This document shows positions 26,000-30,063 of a stretch of DNA of 30,063 nt, piece after piece. The stretch spans positions 1 to 30,063 of the forward strand of contig CAYXWT010000006.1 in the NCBI GenBank assembly GCA_964468895.1, written 5' to 3'. Positions within the stretch are counted from its first letter, which is position 1. Every line of letters begins with the position of its first letter. The position numbers were made by a program, and so were the translations under genes. Below the pieces are notes generated by a model, which was not told the DNA's origin, did no database searches, and saw only the letters and a list, made by a program, of their open reading frames with translations. Origin of the DNA: an uncultured archaeon. Lineage in GTDB: Archaea > Iainarchaeota > Iainarchaeia > Iainarchaeales > CSSED10-239.

Positions 26000-26914
26000 T
26001 TATTTAATAGATCTTTTTGTTAAATAAAGTAAATCATCATATGCTTTTTGTTTAGTAATTCTAGCAGTAGATCTTTCAAATAATTCATCAGTGTATATAC
26101 CTGGTGGACCTACAGCTTTTATTTTTTTATTATAGATTCTAGATAATATTTCTTTATTTTTTAAAAGAGTATTTTCTTCATCAATAATAAACTTAGGAAG
26201 TTCAATTACTAATATACCACTTCCAATTTGAAATAAAGAATCTGTACCTGAACCAGCAGTTACAAATTTTGCTTTTTTACCTAATTTTATAGCAGCTTCA
26301 AATTTATAAACCATATCATAAGAAGTTTGATCTAATTTTCTAGAAAACCTTCTAAAAAACCAATCTAGACCTAAATATTTAAATATTTCATTAAATTCTA
26401 AAAAATCTAATAATTCTCTAAGTTTTCTTAAAAAGAAAGAATCATACATATAATAAGATAAATATCCAATCATACCATTATAAATTTCAACACCAATTTT
26501 ATTTTTAGATATAAATTTTTCAAGTTTATTTAAACCCATTAAATAAGTAGAAGATTTTGATATTAATCCAAAAGGATGTGCAATAGAAACTAAAAACTGC
26601 CTTTTTTTACAAAAGTCACAGATTCTTTTTAGTGAAACTTTTTCTTCAAAAAAAATGTTATAATCATAAAGATCTACATTTGGAGCATAAACAATTACTT
26701 CACCATATTCAGTATTAACTGCAAGTCCTGGTATTAATATTTTATTTTTAGGTTTATATTTTAATAATTCTAAATAAGTACTTTTTGGGTCTTTATTAAC
26801 ATTCATAGTTATAGCTGTACCTAAAAGTTCTCTTTTAAGAACTGCTTGCCAATATTTTTTTGCATCTTTTTTTTTTCTTAAAGATGTATTTAAGTCTAAA
26901 TTATATAAACTCAT
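26000..26914 (-). CDS. PHP-domain-like protein with degenerate metal-binding residues (probable pseudoenzyme)
   Basis: The order of PHP-like blocks is kept, but most ligands are substituted. LDLNTSL stands for DLH.H. AITMN stands for iTDH. ILIPGLAVNTEYGEVIVYAP stands for iPGiE....HiL. SIAHPFG is retained as AHP. IGVEIYNG matches giEvyN. TAGSGTDSLFQIG stands for GSDAH..iG. The start overlaps the upstream stop by 4 nt. Confidence 0.45.
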   Translation of the reverse strand: MSLYNLDLNTSLRKKKDAKKYWQAVLKRELLGTAITMNVNKDPKSTYLELLKYKPKNKILIPGLAVNTEYGEVIVYAPNVDLYDYNIFFEEKVSLKRICDFCKKRQFLVSIAHPFGLISKSSTYLMGLNKLEKFISKNKIGVEIYNGMIGYLSYYMYDSFFLRKLRELLDFLEFNEIFKYLGLDWFFRRFSRKLDQTSYDMVYKFEAAIKLGKKAKFVTAGSGTDSLFQIGSGILVIELPKFIIDEENTLLKNKEILSRIYNKKIKAVGPPGIYTDELFERSTARITKQKAYDDLLYLTKRSIK

Positions 26915-27537
26915 AAACCAATCCTTGCATCAACTATGTACACATCTTTTTCATTAATAATAACAGGGTTTAGATCTAAATCTTTTATATCTTTTTCAAT
27001 ACTTAATTTTGAAATTTTTAAAATTAAATTTTTTAAAGAATCTAAATTATATTTTTTACCTCTAGCTCCTTTTAGTATACTATAAATATTAGTAGACTTT
27101 ATTAATTTTATTGTATCTTTTTTAGTTAATGGTAACAATTTAAGTTTAGCATCATTTACTTGTTCAGTGAATATACCACCAGTTCCAAAAAGTATTGTTT
27201 TTCCAAATTGTTTATCATCATTAATTCCAATAATTAATTCAACACCTTCTACTTGATTTTGCAAAATTATTTTTCCAGAAATTTTATTTTTTTTAAGTAT
27301 ATTTTTTAAATATCTAAATGAACTTAATAATTTAGAAAAAGTAAATATATCTGTAATAACTGCTTTTTCATCACTTTTATGTAATATAGAAGAACTCAAT
27401 TTTAAACAATAAGGAAAATTCTTATGTTTTTTTAATTCAGAAATTGAATTGATTTCATTTATTTTTAAACAATTAATATTATTTTCTTTAAGAAAGTTAA
27501 TAGATTCTTCAAAATTTAAATATTTCACATCATTCAC
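26911..27537 (-). CDS. ATP-grasp domain protein of the ADP-forming acetyl-CoA synthetase beta-subunit type (ATP-grasp_5-like)
   Basis: Motifs: FPYCLKLSSSILHKSDEKAV (vvlK..s..ilHKsD.gGV); QNQVEGVELIIGINDDKQFGKTILFGTGGIFTEQVNDAKLKLLPL; LKGARGKKYNLDSL; IKDLDLNPVIINEKDVYIVDARI. The apparent start is GTG. No alpha (CoA-binding) subunit is adjacent. Confidence 0.7.
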   Translation of the reverse strand: MNDVKYLNFEESINFLKENNINCLKINEINSISELKKHKNFPYCLKLSSSILHKSDEKAVITDIFTFSKLLSSFRYLKNILKKNKISGKIILQNQVEGVELIIGINDDKQFGKTILFGTGGIFTEQVNDAKLKLLPLTKKDTIKLIKSTNIYSILKGARGKKYNLDSLKNLILKISKLSIEKDIKDLDLNPVIINEKDVYIVDARIGL

Positions 27538-27819
27538 ATTATTTTTTATTTAATAATATATATTAATACATATTATTTATTAAATATATATAAAAACAAA
27601 CATTTATAATAAATATCACTCATATATATATTTATACAAAACAACATATTTATATATTTCTAATTCCTATTTATTTAGAATATTATTTTAGATATTAAAA
27701 ATAAATTATATTTTTTATATTGGCAACTAATAAATAATAATAGACATTATGAGATTATATTAATAAATTAGTTTATTTAAAAAAAACTAATTTTTTATTT
27801 TTTAAAAATACAAAAAAAA

Positions 27820-27824
27820 GGTGA
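27820..27824 (+). promoter_or_regulatory. Shine-Dalgarno-like GGTGA, 6 nt upstream of the ATG at 27831
   Basis: The sequence reads aaaaaaaaGGTGAaaacaaATG. Confidence 0.5.
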
Positions 27825-27830
27825 AAACAA

Positions 27831-29123
27831 ATGAAATTACATTGTTTAGGCGCTAGCCAAGAAGTTGGAAGAAGTGCCTTTCTATTAAAGGATAAAGATA
27901 ATATCCTTTTTGATTATGGATTAAAATTAAATCCAAGGACTAAAATGATTGAAGATCAAGATGCAGGAGATACTGCAGAGCTACCTCTAAAAGTTAATGA
28001 GTATTTAGATGGTGTCATTTTAAGTCATGCACATCTTGATCATTCAGGAGCAATACCTTATTTATACAAAACAGGTAATTGTCCCCTATTCGTAACACCT
28101 GCAACTCAAGATCTTTCAAATTTATTATGGAAAGATACTATTAAAATTGCAAAATATGAAAAAAAAGACCCAATTTTTGAAAAACCAGAAATTGATGAAG
28201 CTAATAATTCTGCTTTTCATTTAAATTTAAGAAAACCTACAGAAATCACTAAAAATTCAATTTTAACTTTTTATGATGCTGGACATATTGTAGGAAGTAC
28301 TATAAGTGTTTTAGAAACAAACAATACAAAAGTTATGTATACTGGTGATTTTAGAAGTAGTCCTTCAGAAATGTTTTCAGGTTATGATAAAAACTTACCA
28401 GAAGTAGATTACTTAATTACAGAAACTACTTATGGTAGAGATACACATAAAGATAGAAAACAAATAGAAATTAAATTTATTGAAGAAGTAAAAACAACTC
28501 TTGAAAATGGTGGTATTGTTATACTTCCTGCTTTTGCAATAGAAAGAAGTCAAGAAATTATAAGTGTTTTATATAAATATAAAGTTGATTTCCCAATATT
28601 TTTAGATGGTATGTCTAAAAAAGCAACAAATATATTTTTAGAATATCCAGACTATTTTACAGATCCTATTTTTTTTAAAAAAGCTTGTCGAAAGGTTCAA
28701 TATATTAAAAAACAAGCTCAAAGAAAAATTATTACTAAAAAACCATGTGTTATAATAACTACAGCAGGAATGCTTGAAGGTGGACCAGTATTAGGATATA
28801 TTAAAGAACTGGGATTAAATCCAGGTAATAAAATTATTATTTCTGGTTATCAAGTTCAAGGAACTAATGGTAAAAGATTATTGGATACTGGTAAATTATT
28901 AATAGATGGTAAAGAATTTGCGCCAATTTGTGAATTACTTAGATTTAGTTTTTCAGCACATGCTGATAAAAATGAAATTCATAAATTAATTAAAAAAGTA
29001 AATCCTAAAAAAATTATATGTGTACATGGAGATAAAGATACAACTTTAAGTTTTAAAAATGAATTAATTGAAAAAGGTTACAATGCTTTAAATCCAAAAT
29101 TAGGAGATATAGTAGATTTATAA
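27831..29123 (+). CDS. Metallo-beta-lactamase/beta-CASP family ribonuclease (archaeal aCPSF2-like size)
   Basis: MBL motif 2 is ILSHAHLDHSGAIPYL (HxHxDH). Also DAGHIVGS and YTGDF. Beta-CASP motifs are ITETTYG, FSFSAHADKNEI and ICVHGD. At 430 aa it has no KH domains. Confidence 0.85.
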   Translation: MKLHCLGASQEVGRSAFLLKDKDNILFDYGLKLNPRTKMIEDQDAGDTAELPLKVNEYLDGVILSHAHLDHSGAIPYLYKTGNCPLFVTPATQDLSNLLWKDTIKIAKYEKKDPIFEKPEIDEANNSAFHLNLRKPTEITKNSILTFYDAGHIVGSTISVLETNNTKVMYTGDFRSSPSEMFSGYDKNLPEVDYLITETTYGRDTHKDRKQIEIKFIEEVKTTLENGGIVILPAFAIERSQEIISVLYKYKVDFPIFLDGMSKKATNIFLEYPDYFTDPIFFKKACRKVQYIKKQAQRKIITKKPCVIITTAGMLEGGPVLGYIKELGLNPGNKIIISGYQVQGTNGKRLLDTGKLLIDGKEFAPICELLRFSFSAHADKNEIHKLIKKVNPKKIICVHGDKDTTLSFKNELIEKGYNALNPKLGDIVDL

Positions 29124-29174
29124 TTTTTATTATAAATCTTTTAATATTTTTTAAAAATAAATATACGATTGATT

Positions 29175-29921
29175 ATGAAAAGATTTTGCCCAAAATGTGG
29201 TTCTGAAATTACAGAAGATAATAGTATTAATAATTTTTGTGTAGATTGTTATCTTGAAGATAATGATATTTTAAAAGTACCTATATTTGAAATTACCATT
29301 TGTCCAAGATGTAGAGTTTTAAAATATGCTAAAAGATATTTTAAAGAATTTTCTAGTTTAGAAAAAGAATTAGTTAAACATGTAAAAGTAAATTTATCTG
29401 CACAAACAAATGTTAGTTTAAAATTATATATTGATACTGAAGATAATGTATATTATGCTTTAATTAATATTAAAGCCTTAATAGGAAATAAATTAAAAAA
29501 CATAGAAAAAAGATGTGAAATATCTTTAAGAAAAGATATTTGTCAAAACTGTTCACGAGCTGTAGGTGGATATTACACAACAATAGTACAACTAAGATTT
29601 GATAGTCAAAGAGATCTTAGTAAAAACATAGACATTAAAAACACAGAAGTTAATAAAATTATGAAAGAAATAAACTCCTATAAAGAAAATATAGGTGATC
29701 CTATCATAATCACTAAAGAAATTAAAGTGAAAACTGGTGTTGATCTTTACATTAATAATGTAAAACATGCTCAAAAAGTAATATCTGAATTAGATCAAAG
29801 TAAAAAAGCATATGGTGTTAAACATACCAAAACATTAGTTGGTATGGAAAAAAATGGTCAAAGAAGATATAGATTTACTATTTGTATTCATTTTGAAGAT
29901 GATTTAAAACAATCTACTTAA
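29175..29921 (+). CDS. NMD3-family (60S export adaptor-like) zinc-ribbon protein, archaeal type
   Basis: Cys pairs are in NMD3 order: FCPKCGS...FCVDCY, ICPRCR and CQNCSR. A roughly 100-aa beta-rich C-region follows. The ORF-track start at 29169 is TTG. The first ATG is at 29175 (MKRFCPKCG). Confidence 0.65.
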   Translation: MKRFCPKCGSEITEDNSINNFCVDCYLEDNDILKVPIFEITICPRCRVLKYAKRYFKEFSSLEKELVKHVKVNLSAQTNVSLKLYIDTEDNVYYALINIKALIGNKLKNIEKRCEISLRKDICQNCSRAVGGYYTTIVQLRFDSQRDLSKNIDIKNTEVNKIMKEINSYKENIGDPIIITKEIKVKTGVDLYINNVKHAQKVISELDQSKKAYGVKHTKTLVGMEKNGQRRYRFTICIHFEDDLKQST

Positions 29922-29950
29922 TACTTTTTCTTAAAATACACACCATTTTT

Positions 29951-30063
29951 TTATTTTAATTTTCTTATTTTTGAAATTTGCTCTTTTTTAGAAACAATTA
30001 ATATTCTGTCTCCTTCTTTAAAAATAACTTTCTTTGAAGTATTAAATTTAGAATCTCTAAAAA
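29951..30063 (-). CDS. C-terminal fragment of a CDS entering from the right edge; the tail resembles a TrkA-C/RCK_C domain end
   Basis: The reverse translation is ...FRDSKFNTSKKVIFKEGDRILIVSKKEQISKIRKLK*, with TAA at 29953..29951. The 'l.eGD.l.v.g..e.i.kl' pattern is typical of RCK_C termini. Only 37 codons are visible. Confidence 0.3.
   Translation of the reverse strand, partial: FRDSKFNTSKKVIFKEGDRILIVSKKEQISKIRKLK

Noticed and set aside
27765-27793. Perfect 10-bp inverted repeat (aaattagttt / aaactaattt, 9-nt loop) followed by a T-run, about 40 nt upstream of the beta-CASP gene
   Set aside because: The stem has one G:C pair and is otherwise A/T only. In sequence this AT-rich, such palindromes arise easily by chance. 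It sits in a divergent promoter region with no upstream plus-strand gene to terminate. It might be an operator or a 5'-UTR element, but I cannot support that from sequence alone.
29592-29774. 60-aa minus-strand ORF inside the NMD3-like gene
   Set aside because: It lies antisense to a gene with four ordered Cys pairs, and its translation is low-complexity.
1-30063. Search for tRNA, rRNA or other structured RNA genes, CRISPR arrays, and transposase or integrase genes
   Set aside because: - No GC-enriched 70-90-nt islands of the kind structured RNAs form in AT-rich genomes were seen in any spacer.
- No regularly spaced direct repeats were seen apart from the coding 78-bp repeats.
- No ORF carries DDE, serine-recombinase or tyrosine-recombinase motifs.

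Overview
The window is extremely AT-rich (about three quarters A+T by eye), gene-dense and mostly minus-strand coding. I found no rRNA, tRNA, CRISPR array or recognisable transposase.

Likely source (inference): a small-genome DPANN-like archaeon. Supporting genes are an NMD3-like zinc-ribbon protein, a roughly 430-aa beta-CASP/MBL RNase, a short cis-prenyltransferase (UppS), an ADP-forming acetyl-CoA-synthetase-type ATP-grasp protein, and a surface protein whose domain ends in ...FSEFAISG (PGF-pre-PGF-like).

Regions:
- 113-6133: a transglutaminase-like membrane protein, then a tandem array of five secreted Y/N/D-rich paralogs. The paralogs share a nucleotide-conserved signal-peptide cassette.
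- 6317-9345: a SAM methyltransferase, an MFS transporter broken by one in-frame TAA, and an EamA/DMT transporter.
- 9601-12309: one large surface-protein frame with signal peptide, beta-helix, Cys-rich 78-bp tandem repeats, TM anchor and poly-Lys tail. It is also broken by one in-frame TAA.
- 12569-20910: a tight five-gene operon of AddB-like Fe-S/PD-(D/E)xK protein, AddA-like UvrD helicase-nuclease, DEDDh exonuclease, an orphan 243-aa protein and an RmuC-like protein. This is my best candidate for an undescribed DNA-end-processing or defence module.
- 21063-25092: a surface-protein remnant, a HAD hydrolase and several orphan membrane-anchored proteins.
- 25315-30063: housekeeping genes (UppS, a degenerate PHP-like protein coupled to an orphan ATP-grasp, beta-CASP RNase, NMD3-like protein).

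All functional calls rest on motifs read by eye from the translations. No database search was run.
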